Source: Polyangiaceae bacterium (GTDB lineage Bacteria; Myxococcota_A; Polyangia; Polyangiales; Polyangiaceae). From it: DNA of 33,448 nt. Shown here piece after piece: positions 17,084 through 25,795 of this stretch. Under the pieces are notes generated by a model. The model did not search any database and was not told the origin of the DNA. It saw nothing but the letters and a program-made list of their open reading frames with translations. The DNA lies in contig JANRKO010000014.1 of assembly GCA_033763455.1 (NCBI GenBank), forward strand, positions 1-33,448, in the 5' to 3' direction. Made by a program: the position numbers and the translations under genes. Each line of letters starts with the position of its first letter. Within the stretch, counting starts at the first letter, position 1.

Positions 17084-18340
17084 CTAGAGGTGGGCGCCTT
17101 GCGGCAGATCCGAGCGTTGCCGACTCTTTGGAGCGTGGTCCCTCAACAATGGCTCCAAACGCGCGCACGCTTCGAGTAGGCGTGGGGCATCCTCGATCAG
17201 CGCGAAGCGAACAAACCCTTCTCCGCCTGGACCAAACCCGCTGCCGGGGGAGACGGCCACGTGCGCCTGTTGGATGAGGCGAGTAGTTGCCGCCACCGAG
17301 CCCTCAATTTTCCAAGCTTCCGGCAGGGGAACCCACAAGAACATAGTTCCTTGCGGAGCGGCCACGGTGTCCCAACCGGCGTTGCGCAGGCCATCCACCA
17401 GCACACGTGCACGCTCGAAGTAACGCGTACGGATCTGATCTGCCAGGTGATCACCGTGGGTAAGGGCCCACGCCGACGCTAGCTGCAACGGGGCGAATGT
17501 TCCGTAATCCATGTAAGATTTGAGATGGCCAAGAGCTCGCACCATGCGTTCGTTACCGACCATGAAAGCGACACGCCAGCCGGGCATGCTGTAGCTCTTC
17601 GACATTGAGAAGACCTCAACGGCGAACTTTTTTACTTCTATAGGGTCAATCCCGCAGTCAAAAATACTTGGTGCATGTCGGGTCTGAAAATCCGAATCCG
17701 CGTACGCTAAGTCGTGCAACAAAAGCGCGCCCTCGCGCTGAACAATCCGCACGAAGTCGTGGAGCGCCTCTTTGGTGATGGTTAGGCCCGTCGGGTTTTG
17801 TGGGTAGTTCGCAATCACCAGCTTGATGCGGCGGCCTTCGGCCTTGGCTTGGGCAAAGGCGAAAGTGAGGGCTTGAGCTGGGTCCATTCCCGAATTGGCT
17901 GCGTACGTGAGCACTTCTGCCCCCGCGATCAACGGAGCGCCGCGGTGGATCGGGTAACACGGGTCGGGTGCAATCACGGTGTCCCCGTGATCGAGAATCG
18001 CCAAGCACAGGTGGCTGATCCCCTCCTTGGCGCCCATTGTAACGATCACTTCGCGGTCGGCGTCGAAGCGCACTCGGTACCGCCGTGCGTACCAATCCAC
18101 CAACGCCTCACGGAGCGAACGAACGCCGGGACCGGGATGGTAACGGTGGTTCTTACCAACGCGGGCAGCGTGGTCGAGCCGATCAACTATCTCAGAGGGT
18201 GTTGGTTGATCCGGATTTCCGAGACCCAGATCGATAATATCCGCCCCCGCGGCCAGCGCCTCCGCCTTTACGGCATCAGCCGCTAGGAAGGCGTAGGTGG
18301 GAAGTGACTCGACGCGCGGAAAAGACCACTGTGGCGACAC
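17084..18340 (-). CDS. alaC: Class I/II PLP aminotransferase, AlaC-like
   Basis: IIDLGLGNPD, GAKEGISHL, LDHGDTV..YPIH, NYPQNPTG, HDLAYAD, SMSKSYSMPGWR (PLP Lys), KSYMDYGTF; closely follows the E. coli AlaC pattern. Confidence 0.8.
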   Translation of the reverse strand: MSPQWSFPRVESLPTYAFLAADAVKAEALAAGADIIDLGLGNPDQPTPSEIVDRLDHAARVGKNHRYHPGPGVRSLREALVDWYARRYRVRFDADREVIVTMGAKEGISHLCLAILDHGDTVIAPDPCYPIHRGAPLIAGAEVLTYAANSGMDPAQALTFAFAQAKAEGRRIKLVIANYPQNPTGLTITKEALHDFVRIVQREGALLLHDLAYADSDFQTRHAPSIFDCGIDPIEVKKFAVEVFSMSKSYSMPGWRVAFMVGNERMVRALGHLKSYMDYGTFAPLQLASAWALTHGDHLADQIRTRYFERARVLVDGLRNAGWDTVAAPQGTMFLWVPLPEAWKIEGSVAATTRLIQQAHVAVSPGSGFGPGGEGFVRFALIEDAPRLLEACARLEPLLRDHAPKSRQRSDLPQGAHL

Positions 18341-18659
18341 GCTGCCGTGCTTATCACGAAACCTAGGTTTGGCGCGGCCAAAAACCCGCTCAGCGCGTGG
18401 GAAATTGCGCGCTTCGAGGCGATTTTTCCCAGGAAAGCCCTATGGCGACCGAGGGAGCATGGAATTTCAAGCGAAACTGGACGTGGGCGACCGAAGCCGG
18501 GTAGTTTTTGGCGCGGGAAAAAGCGCAGGCGAAGCCTCCTGATCCGCGCGCTGGGAAGTACGGTGCGAGAACATTCGGCTCCTAAGTTTCCCTGTACCGT
18601 GCGGTGCTCCAGCTCCGAATTGGTGTCCGCCCTCGGTTGACCTGTACACTTTGGGCGTT

Positions 18660-19754
18660 GTGGTGCGTTACGAAATTCGAGGAGCTCAATCGTCTGATGA
18701 AGATGCGTTCGTCGAGCTCGCCGGCTACCTAAATACGGTCAACCTTCCCAACAGCCGCCCCCACATCCGTGAGCTACTTGCGCAATCGGAGCAGAGCTTC
18801 CGCGGCGACATCACGGATTTTCGCAAGCGCAAGTACACGTTCGTGCTCGAAGATGTGGAAAAGGGGATCGCGGTTGGCACATCCACGATCGTGGCACAGC
18901 TCGGCCAACGTGATGCGCCGTACATCTTCTTAGATGTGATCGACGAAGAGAAGTACTCTCGCACGCTGGATAAGCACTTTCACCATACGCTGTTGCGCTT
19001 GGGGTTTTCCTATTCCGGGCCCACTGAGCTCGGGGGCCTCGTGGTACGGCCTGAATACCGCCGATTTCCGGAACGCTTAGGGCTTTTGATCTCGTACGTC
19101 CGGTTCTTGTTTATCGCCGCTCACCGCGAGTTGTTCCAAGAGGAAATCCTAGCCGAACTCTTGCCGCCGCTTGAGGCCGACGGCACCAGCCACTTGTGGG
19201 AAGCTATGGGGCGTCACTTCACCGGGCTAAGCTACGCGGAGGCCGATCTGCTTTCGAGCAAGAATAAGGACTTCATTCGCGACCTTTTTCCAAGCGAGCC
19301 CATTTACACTTCCCTGCTAAGCCACGCCGCGCAGAGCGTGGTCGGTAAAGTGGGCGAGCAGACGAAGGGCGTCGAAAGCATGTTGCGCCGCATTGGCTTT
19401 AAGTATGCCCATCGCATCGATCCGTTCGACGGCGGCCCACACTTTGTTGCGAACACCTCGGATATCACGCTGCTGGAAGAAGCCCAAACTCAAGCTGTTG
19501 CTCGCATATTGCCAGACAGCGAGTGCGCCGAGGCTCGCACTCTACCCCCCAAAAAGCGCGGCTCCCTGCACGGAGATCCGAGTCACCACGGCCCTCGGCA
19601 TTGCCTCGTGGGCCGGCAACTGGCGGCGCCTCCATTTTTTAAGGCTATTCTCGTAGACGCCGAGCTAACTTCAGATCTCACGCTCCCAGAAAGCGTCGCT
19701 CAGCATCTGGAGCTTAATGTGGGTGACATCGTCACCCTCTTGCCCGTGCGCTAA
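18660..19754 (+). CDS. astA: Arginine N-succinyltransferase family protein
   Basis: TVNLP, FVLED..AVGTS, YSGPTELGGL, LLISYVRFLFI, WEAMGRHFTG, EPIYTSLL, IDPFDGGP. Start uncertain (TTG 18651, GTG 18660 or GTG 18663). Confidence 0.85.
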   Translation: MVRYEIRGAQSSDEDAFVELAGYLNTVNLPNSRPHIRELLAQSEQSFRGDITDFRKRKYTFVLEDVEKGIAVGTSTIVAQLGQRDAPYIFLDVIDEEKYSRTLDKHFHHTLLRLGFSYSGPTELGGLVVRPEYRRFPERLGLLISYVRFLFIAAHRELFQEEILAELLPPLEADGTSHLWEAMGRHFTGLSYAEADLLSSKNKDFIRDLFPSEPIYTSLLSHAAQSVVGKVGEQTKGVESMLRRIGFKYAHRIDPFDGGPHFVANTSDITLLEEAQTQAVARILPDSECAEARTLPPKKRGSLHGDPSHHGPRHCLVGRQLAAPPFFKAILVDAELTSDLTLPESVAQHLELNVGDIVTLLPVR

Positions 19755-19843
19755 GCACGCAGCTCGCTTTCGGGGCGGTGGTAGCCGGCAATACTGCTTG
19801 GGCTAAGCTGTGGGGACACGAAGGCGTGGAGCCATTCAGTCGC

Positions 19844-20575
19844 TTACGGAGCTGAGGCCGGAACCTGTGGCTCTGCGTAACGCACGCCCTTTACGTCATC
19901 CTGGACCACGCGCCCGTCCACCATGCGCACCACTCGCGGCATGCTTTCGGCGAATGCCGAATTGTGCGTAACAACCACCACTGTGGTTCCGTGCTCGCGA
20001 TTGATCTGGAAAAACAGCTCATGAATGGCATCACTTGTAGCGCTATCCAGGTTTCCCGTCGGTTCATCCGCGAGCAACAATTGTGGATCTAGAGCCAAAG
20101 CCCGCGCCACAGCCACGCGCTGCTGTTCACCGCCGCTGAGCTCGCCAGGTCGATGGGTGAGCCGATGTGAAAGGCCCACTTCTTCGAGCAGCGCGCCGGC
20201 GCGCTTGGCCATTTCTTTCTTGGAACGCCCCTGAATCAGGCCTGGCAACATTACATTTTCGAGTGCGTTAAACTCTGGCAACAGGTGGTGAAACTGAAAA
20301 ACAAAGCCGATGGAGCGATTGCGCACGGCAGCCAGGCGCGAGGAGCTCATAGTAGTGAGCTCTTCGCCCGCCAGACGGATGCGCCCAGACGTGGGCAGAT
20401 CTAACGTACCAATACAGTGCAAGAGCGTGCTCTTCCCCGCACCTGATGGTCCCACAATGCTGACCACTTCGCCCTGATAAAGGCAGAGATCAATGCCCTT
20501 CAAGACATGCAGCATGTGCCCCATGTGCTCGAACCGCTTGTGTAAATCTTCTATGATTACCAGTGCCTCAGCCAT
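19844..20575 (-). CDS. lolD: Lipoprotein-releasing ABC transporter ATPase
   Basis: [57 protein letters not shown]; directly downstream of lolC/E. Confidence 0.9.
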   Translation of the reverse strand: MAEALVIIEDLHKRFEHMGHMLHVLKGIDLCLYQGEVVSIVGPSGAGKSTLLHCIGTLDLPTSGRIRLAGEELTTMSSSRLAAVRNRSIGFVFQFHHLLPEFNALENVMLPGLIQGRSKKEMAKRAGALLEEVGLSHRLTHRPGELSGGEQQRVAVARALALDPQLLLADEPTGNLDSATSDAIHELFFQINREHGTTVVVVTHNSAFAESMPRVVRMVDGRVVQDDVKGVRYAEPQVPASAP

Positions 20576-20584
20576 AATCGCTCC

Positions 20585-22333
20585 TCACTCGTAACGGATG
20601 CCATCCACAGGCGGCAGCCGACTCGCGGCTCGCGCCGGATAAAGGGTTGCAAGAGTTGTAATAACCATGGCGCTCAGCGCCACGAGCACATAATCCAGGG
20701 GTTCCACTGAGATCGGCAGCCTATCCACGTAATACACGTCCGGATCGAGCCGCACGCCAAACCACAGCAGAAACAGCATCGCAGAGAGGCCAGTAACCAC
20801 GCCGAAAACGGTCCCTACTCCGCCAATCATCATGCCTTCGGTCATGAAAATTCGGAGAATGGCCGAGTCGCTGGCCCCGAGTGATTTCAAAATAGCAATC
20901 TCTTTACTCTTTTCGGTGACCATCAAGAGCAGCGTGCATAGGATGCAGAAGCTCGCCACCGTAATGGCGATCGATAGAATGATAAAGGTGGCGATTTTCT
21001 CAAGCTTGAGTGCGGAGAAGAGATTCTTGTTCATCTCCTTCCAATCGCGCACAACAAGGTCAGTGCCTTTCGTCAATTGAACCATATCCGCGGTAACCGG
21101 GCCTACCTCCTCCGAATTATCGACCTTGGCTTCAATGGCGCTGATCTTGTGCCCCATGTCGAGGAAGCTCTGCGCGCTTTCAATCAGCATGTAGGCGAGC
21201 GAGGCGTCGTACTCGTACATGCCACTGTAGAAGACGCCCGCGATACGAAAACGACGTGTTCGAGGCAGAACGCCCATGGGGCCCAGATCGCCGATCGGAG
21301 ACACCAACGTGATCTCGTCGCCCACGTAAACGTGCAGCGTCTTGGCCAATTCTCGGCCGACGATTAGCCCGGGCTCGGCCTCTTCTGCTTCAACTGTTTC
21401 TTTGACGTCGGGATCGAGATCCGGCTCATCTAGGTAGGGGTCCAGGCTTGGACCTTTCAGGTAGAGCTGCCCTCCCGGGCCGATGCCAATCGGCTCATTA
21501 GGGCCCATTTTGAGCATCAAATCGGGCTTGGTGAGAAATTCGAAGCGCCCCACTTCGATGTTCTTCAAAAGATCGATCACATTCCCGATCGAGGAAGGAT
21601 CGACGCCACGGATGAGCACGCCTGCGGTGTTGGAGGCACTCGACGCTACGGCCTCCCCAGTAACCACCGGAGTTGCCGCCCGCACCCCGCCGAGCTTTTC
21701 GGTCTTTTCAAGCAAACTCCGCCAATCGGAAAAACCACTCGACTCGCGTGCTTCAATCCTGACATGAGCGTTGTTGCCCAAGATCTTACGTTTGAGATCG
21801 GCACCGAAGCCGCCCATGATTGACACGACGGCACAGAGCGCAAAGGAGCTCACGCCCACCCCAATGATCGAGAGAAACGAGATAACGGTGAGAAACCCGC
21901 TCTTGCCAGCACGCATATGGCGCGAGGCAATGAAGGGTACAAAGCCCCTGCCCTCCATGCGATCAAGCACGAGCGGGGCCGCGACAGCCAAAAAACACAC
22001 GACAAAGCCCGTGCCAGACAGGGCCGCACCCACACGCACCACCTGGTGCCACAATTTGAAGTACGACCCACGCGGCTCGGTCAGCATAAAAGCCCACGAC
22101 CCGAATGCTGCGAAACACAGGAAAAATAGCCCCGTGAAGCCTAAAAGCACACCGCGGCGGCGAGTGCGCCCCAGCCGCCGCAGAGCCATCACAATGCCGA
22201 ACAAAATCAGTATCCCTACGACACCGATCACAGCAATGCGCCCTGGCTGCCCAATGGCAGACCAGACATGCTCTAGCTTGCCGAGCAAGTGCTCGGGTGC
22301 AGGCGGCGGAGCTTTTACGGCCTTCTGAGGCAT
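20585..22333 (-). CDS. lolE: LolC/E-family lipoprotein-releasing ABC permease with an N-terminal membrane extension
   Basis: FIASRH..FLTVISFLSIIGV..VVSIMGGF, FYSGMYEYD, DWKEMNKNLFSALKLEK, EKSKEIAILKSLGA, ATLYPARAASRL. TGATG coupling to lysS. Confidence 0.85.
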   Translation of the reverse strand: MPQKAVKAPPPAPEHLLGKLEHVWSAIGQPGRIAVIGVVGILILFGIVMALRRLGRTRRRGVLLGFTGLFFLCFAAFGSWAFMLTEPRGSYFKLWHQVVRVGAALSGTGFVVCFLAVAAPLVLDRMEGRGFVPFIASRHMRAGKSGFLTVISFLSIIGVGVSSFALCAVVSIMGGFGADLKRKILGNNAHVRIEARESSGFSDWRSLLEKTEKLGGVRAATPVVTGEAVASSASNTAGVLIRGVDPSSIGNVIDLLKNIEVGRFEFLTKPDLMLKMGPNEPIGIGPGGQLYLKGPSLDPYLDEPDLDPDVKETVEAEEAEPGLIVGRELAKTLHVYVGDEITLVSPIGDLGPMGVLPRTRRFRIAGVFYSGMYEYDASLAYMLIESAQSFLDMGHKISAIEAKVDNSEEVGPVTADMVQLTKGTDLVVRDWKEMNKNLFSALKLEKIATFIILSIAITVASFCILCTLLLMVTEKSKEIAILKSLGASDSAILRIFMTEGMMIGGVGTVFGVVTGLSAMLFLLWFGVRLDPDVYYVDRLPISVEPLDYVLVALSAMVITTLATLYPARAASRLPPVDGIRYE

Positions 22334-24024
22334 CAAGACTCCGGGCGAAGAAGCGGAAACGCAATCACGTCGCGAATGCTGGCTTGGGAGGTGAGCGCCA
22401 TCACTAACCTATCGATACCCATACCGAACCCCGCCGCGGGTGGCATTCCGTGCTCAAGAGCCATGATGTAATCTTCATCATAATCCATGGTTTCTTCCGC
22501 ACCTTCGCTCTTTTTCGCGACCTGATCGGCAAAACGCTCTGCTTGATCGATCGGATCATTGAGTTCGCTAAAGGCATTACAGATTTCGCGACCCTCGATG
22601 AAAAGCTCGAAGCGATCCACCAGCGACCCATCGGCGTCTTTTCGGCGGGCCAGCGGGGAAACCTCGCGCGGATAATCGACAATGAACACCGGCAGGCTCT
22701 TCTCACCATTCTGAGAGCGAAAATCCGCAGGCAAAAATGGCTCCGCAATGTACTCATACATTACGAAAGCGCGCTCGCCGTCCGAGCCGCACCCTTTGAG
22801 TGCGAGGCCTAGATTTCTCCAGTCAATGGCGCGCGCGCGCTCACTTTTGGCCTTGAGCTGTTCTGCCAGTGCTTTAAGTGCACTTTGATCCGCCCCCTTT
22901 TCGTGCCGGTGCGGTGCCACGGATGCAAGCTCGGCAACCAATGAATCCGCTACTCCCGCTCGCTCAAGCCCACGCTTGACGGCAACACTCAGAGCGACGC
23001 GCGCAAACGGCTCGTCCAAAGTGAACGCACGAGCCGCTTTGAATTCACGATAGATGCTCTCCAAGCCGCGCTCGGCCATCCCCACTTCCACAAACCGATC
23101 CACGTGGCGAAAGAGCTCTTCGGCCATCGTCATCAGCGTTTCGTGGGTGGCGTAAGCTTGGTAAAATTCCAACATCGTGAACTCGGGGTTGTGCCGAGTG
23201 CTGATGCCTTCATTGCGGTAAGCGCGACCAATTTCGTAGACGCGCTCGAAGCCGCCCACCAGCAAGCGCTTGAGATAGAGCTCGGGGGCAATGCGCAAAA
23301 AGAGCTCTAAATCCAGAGCATTGTGGTGCGTATGGAAGGGCTTCGCAGCCGCGCCCCCCACGAGCTGATGCAACGTGGGTGTTTCCACTTCTAGAAACTG
23401 CCGACGATCAAGATAATCGCGCACGCCTTGTACAATCAGCGAACGCGCCTGAAATACGGCGGCCACGCTCGGGTTGGCAACGAGATCGACGTAGCGGCGG
23501 CGGTAGCGAATATCAACGGCGGTAAGGCCATGCCACTTATCAGGAAGCGGACGCAGCGCCTTGGTGAGAACCCGGAGCGAGACCACCATGATGGTGAGCT
23601 CGCCCGTCTTGGTAACCATGGCTGAGCCACGAGCCTCAATGTGATCGGCCACATCCAACGTATCCAGGCTGGCAAAGCCTTCGCCCATCACATCTTTTTT
23701 GGCAAACAACTGCAGGGCTCCGGTGCCATCCCGAAACTCCATAAACACCGCTTTACCGAAGCCCCGCCGGCTCATGAGGCGCCCCACCACGTGAAAGCTT
23801 GCATCGCCTGCAAGTGCAGCCACCTTCTCCGCGTCGTAGCGAAGATCTGCATGTGGCTCTAACAACGCCGAGGCGAACTGGTTGCGCAACGAGCGGACCT
23901 CCGCACGGTCGGCCACGTCCACATCGTTGGCGAATGGATTTTGCCCGAGCCCACGCAAACGCTCGGCCTTTTCTCGCCGAATTTGAATTAGGCTTTCTTC
24001 ACTGGATCCCTCTAGCTCACTCAT
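22333..24024 (-). CDS. lysS: Lysine--tRNA ligase (class II)
   Basis: LPDKWHGL, RYRRRYVDL, FLEVETP, GGAAAKPF, LRIAPELYLKRL, RNEGISTRHNPEFTMLEFY, NAFSELND, GMPPAAGFGMGIDRL. Confidence 0.97.
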   Translation of the reverse strand: MSELEGSSEESLIQIRREKAERLRGLGQNPFANDVDVADRAEVRSLRNQFASALLEPHADLRYDAEKVAALAGDASFHVVGRLMSRRGFGKAVFMEFRDGTGALQLFAKKDVMGEGFASLDTLDVADHIEARGSAMVTKTGELTIMVVSLRVLTKALRPLPDKWHGLTAVDIRYRRRYVDLVANPSVAAVFQARSLIVQGVRDYLDRRQFLEVETPTLHQLVGGAAAKPFHTHHNALDLELFLRIAPELYLKRLLVGGFERVYEIGRAYRNEGISTRHNPEFTMLEFYQAYATHETLMTMAEELFRHVDRFVEVGMAERGLESIYREFKAARAFTLDEPFARVALSVAVKRGLERAGVADSLVAELASVAPHRHEKGADQSALKALAEQLKAKSERARAIDWRNLGLALKGCGSDGERAFVMYEYIAEPFLPADFRSQNGEKSLPVFIVDYPREVSPLARRKDADGSLVDRFELFIEGREICNAFSELNDPIDQAERFADQVAKKSEGAEETMDYDEDYIMALEHGMPPAAGFGMGIDRLVMALTSQASIRDVIAFPLLRPES

Positions 24025-24097
24025 GGCAGTTTAGTGCCATCGCGCATACCGCGCCCCTCGCTAAAGGTCCACACAAACCACGAAAACCCTTGCGAAA

Positions 24098-25229
24098 TTA
24101 GCCGCGGTGCCCCGAAGCCGCGCTTCCCAGCTTATCGGCATTCTGCATGAGATACGCCTCGATGAAGTCGTCCAGGTCGCCATCCATCACGCCGGTAACG
24201 TCGCTGCTTTGGTGCTGCGTGCGCAGATCTTTCACGAGCTGGTACGGCTGCATCACGTAGCTTCGGATCTGGTGGCCCCAGGCAATATCACCCTTGGCAT
24301 CCATGAAATCTTGGCGTTCGCTGGTGCGCCGCTTCTCCTCAATTTCGTAAAGCTTCGCCTTCAGCATCTTCAGGGCCATTGCCCGATTCTGGTGCTGGCT
24401 ACGCTCCGCACGACACACCACCATAACGCCTGAAGGGAGGTGGCGCATGCGCACAGCCGTTTCCACCTTGTTCACATTCTGGCCTCCCTTACCGCCAGCT
24501 CGCATCGTCGTAACCTCGAGATCCGTATCTTTGATATCGATGTCAATTTCGTCCTCGATATCGGGCGTAACTTCGACGGCCACGAAGGACGTGTGCCGCC
24601 GCGCGTTGGAGTCGAAAGGGCTGATGCGCACCAAACGGTGAACCCCCACTTCAGCCTTAATGTACCCGTACGCATTCTGACCACGGGCAATGAACGAGGC
24701 GCCATCAATACCCGCTTCATCTCCCGCCTGAAAATCGATCATCTCCACGGCAAAGCCCCGCCGCTCACACCAGCGCAGGTACATGCGCAGCAGCATCTCC
24801 GCCCAATCTTTAGCTTCCGTGCCACCGCTGCCGGGATGGATACTTACAATGGCGTTCGCATGATCCACAGGGCCCGAAAGCATCCGTGAGAGCTCAGCTT
24901 TTCGCACACGCTTGGCCAACTCCGTGACCTGCTCAGCCACCTCGGCCAGTACAGATTCATCGTTTTCGCTCGCCGCCAACTCAAGGAGATCGAGCCCATC
25001 TTTGATATCCCGCTCTAGCCCTTCAACCAGCGTGACCTTTTCGAGCATCCCCGCTCGGCGCCGCATGGTGGCTTGAGCCTTCTCTTGGTCGTCCCAGAAC
25101 CCATCCTGGGTGGAGAGGGAATCTAACTCTTCGATGTCGCGCTTCAGTTGAGCGACGTCAAAGAGACCCCCTTAGCGCGGTAACGCGCTCTTGGAGTGCC
25201 AAAAGGGTGCTGCGAGTTTCTGCCGACAT
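24098..25229 (-). CDS. prfB: Peptide chain release factor 2, translated via a programmed +1 frameshift (about 376 aa)
   Basis: ATG 25229 gives [23 protein letters not shown], then CTT-TGA-C; the +1 frame continues [18 protein letters not shown] into the ORF with the RF2 SPF motif and GGQ. Confidence 0.96.
25157..25172 (-). other. prfB programmed +1 frameshift site
   Basis: Minus strand AGGGGG-TCT-CTT-TGA-C: an internal Shine-Dalgarno three nucleotides before the CTT-TGA slip site. Confidence 0.95.
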
Positions 25230-25419
25230 GGTGGGGAGCTTTTAGTGGTCGACCCCGGGGTTGCCAAGAGGCGCACGCGGAACGACGTGGGCAAGCAGCG
25301 CAAAACCGGCACGAGGCGCAAATTGCTGCTCCGGGGAAGCCACTTTCAGGGGCCAGGGCGCTTCGAGCGTTGTTTCGGTGCGGCTTCGCTTGCCCTTCGG
25401 CACTATCGCGCTCAACGGA

Positions 25420-25441
25420 GGTACTTAGCATGCTAAGTACC
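25420..25441. promoter_or_regulatory. Perfect 22-bp palindrome overlapping the RBS and start codon of the 25430 gene (candidate operator or hairpin)
   Basis: GGTACTTAGCA|TGCTAAGTACC is its own reverse complement; SD GGAGGT at 25417-25422 and ATG at 25430. Confidence 0.5.
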
Positions 25442-25795
25442 GGCGTGGTCTCAGCATACCCCAAGCCCTCGCCACGGCTCCGTTCGCTTTGCAGAGCGCT
25501 TCTCTTCTTGAACCTCGCGTACTTGAGCGCGGCTCTTTTCACAGACGCGCTGCCAGGCTGGAAGATGTTCGAAACCGTGGAACACGTGGAATATGTTTTG
25601 AACAATTCCAGGGGCGAGCCCGTGGACGTGCACAGTGTGCTGCCCCGAAGTGCCAATCTGATCGATAAAGCGCAGCTCAGGCGTGTGGTTGCTTTTATTT
25701 GTGAGCATCAGCCGGGCCCATTTTGGTTTCAGGAGGCAGGACAACGCGGCAGATGGTTGCGCAGGGGGTCGTGTGGCGCGGATGTTCAACCTTAA
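25430..25795 (+). CDS. Small single-TM protein resembling SdpA/DUF5819 or the post-HTTM domain of gamma-carboxylase-like proteins
   Basis: Strong SD GGAGGT 7 nt before ATG; TM segment followed by LPGWKMFE; 14-nt overlap with the HTTM gene. Confidence 0.6.
   Translation: MLSTGVVSAYPKPSPRLRSLCRALLFLNLAYLSAALFTDALPGWKMFETVEHVEYVLNNSRGEPVDVHSVLPRSANLIDKAQLRRVVAFICEHQPGPFWFQEAGQRGRWLRRGSCGADVQP

Noticed and set aside
25300..25330. Possible sigma54 promoter (CGGCAC...TTGC)
   Set aside because: The GG-to-GC spacing is not the required 10 nt.
25144..25656. 170-aa minus ORF and the 25196 upstream extension of the small HTTM partner
   Set aside because: They overlap the true prfB 5' end and the divergent intergenic region; the SD-supported start is 25430.
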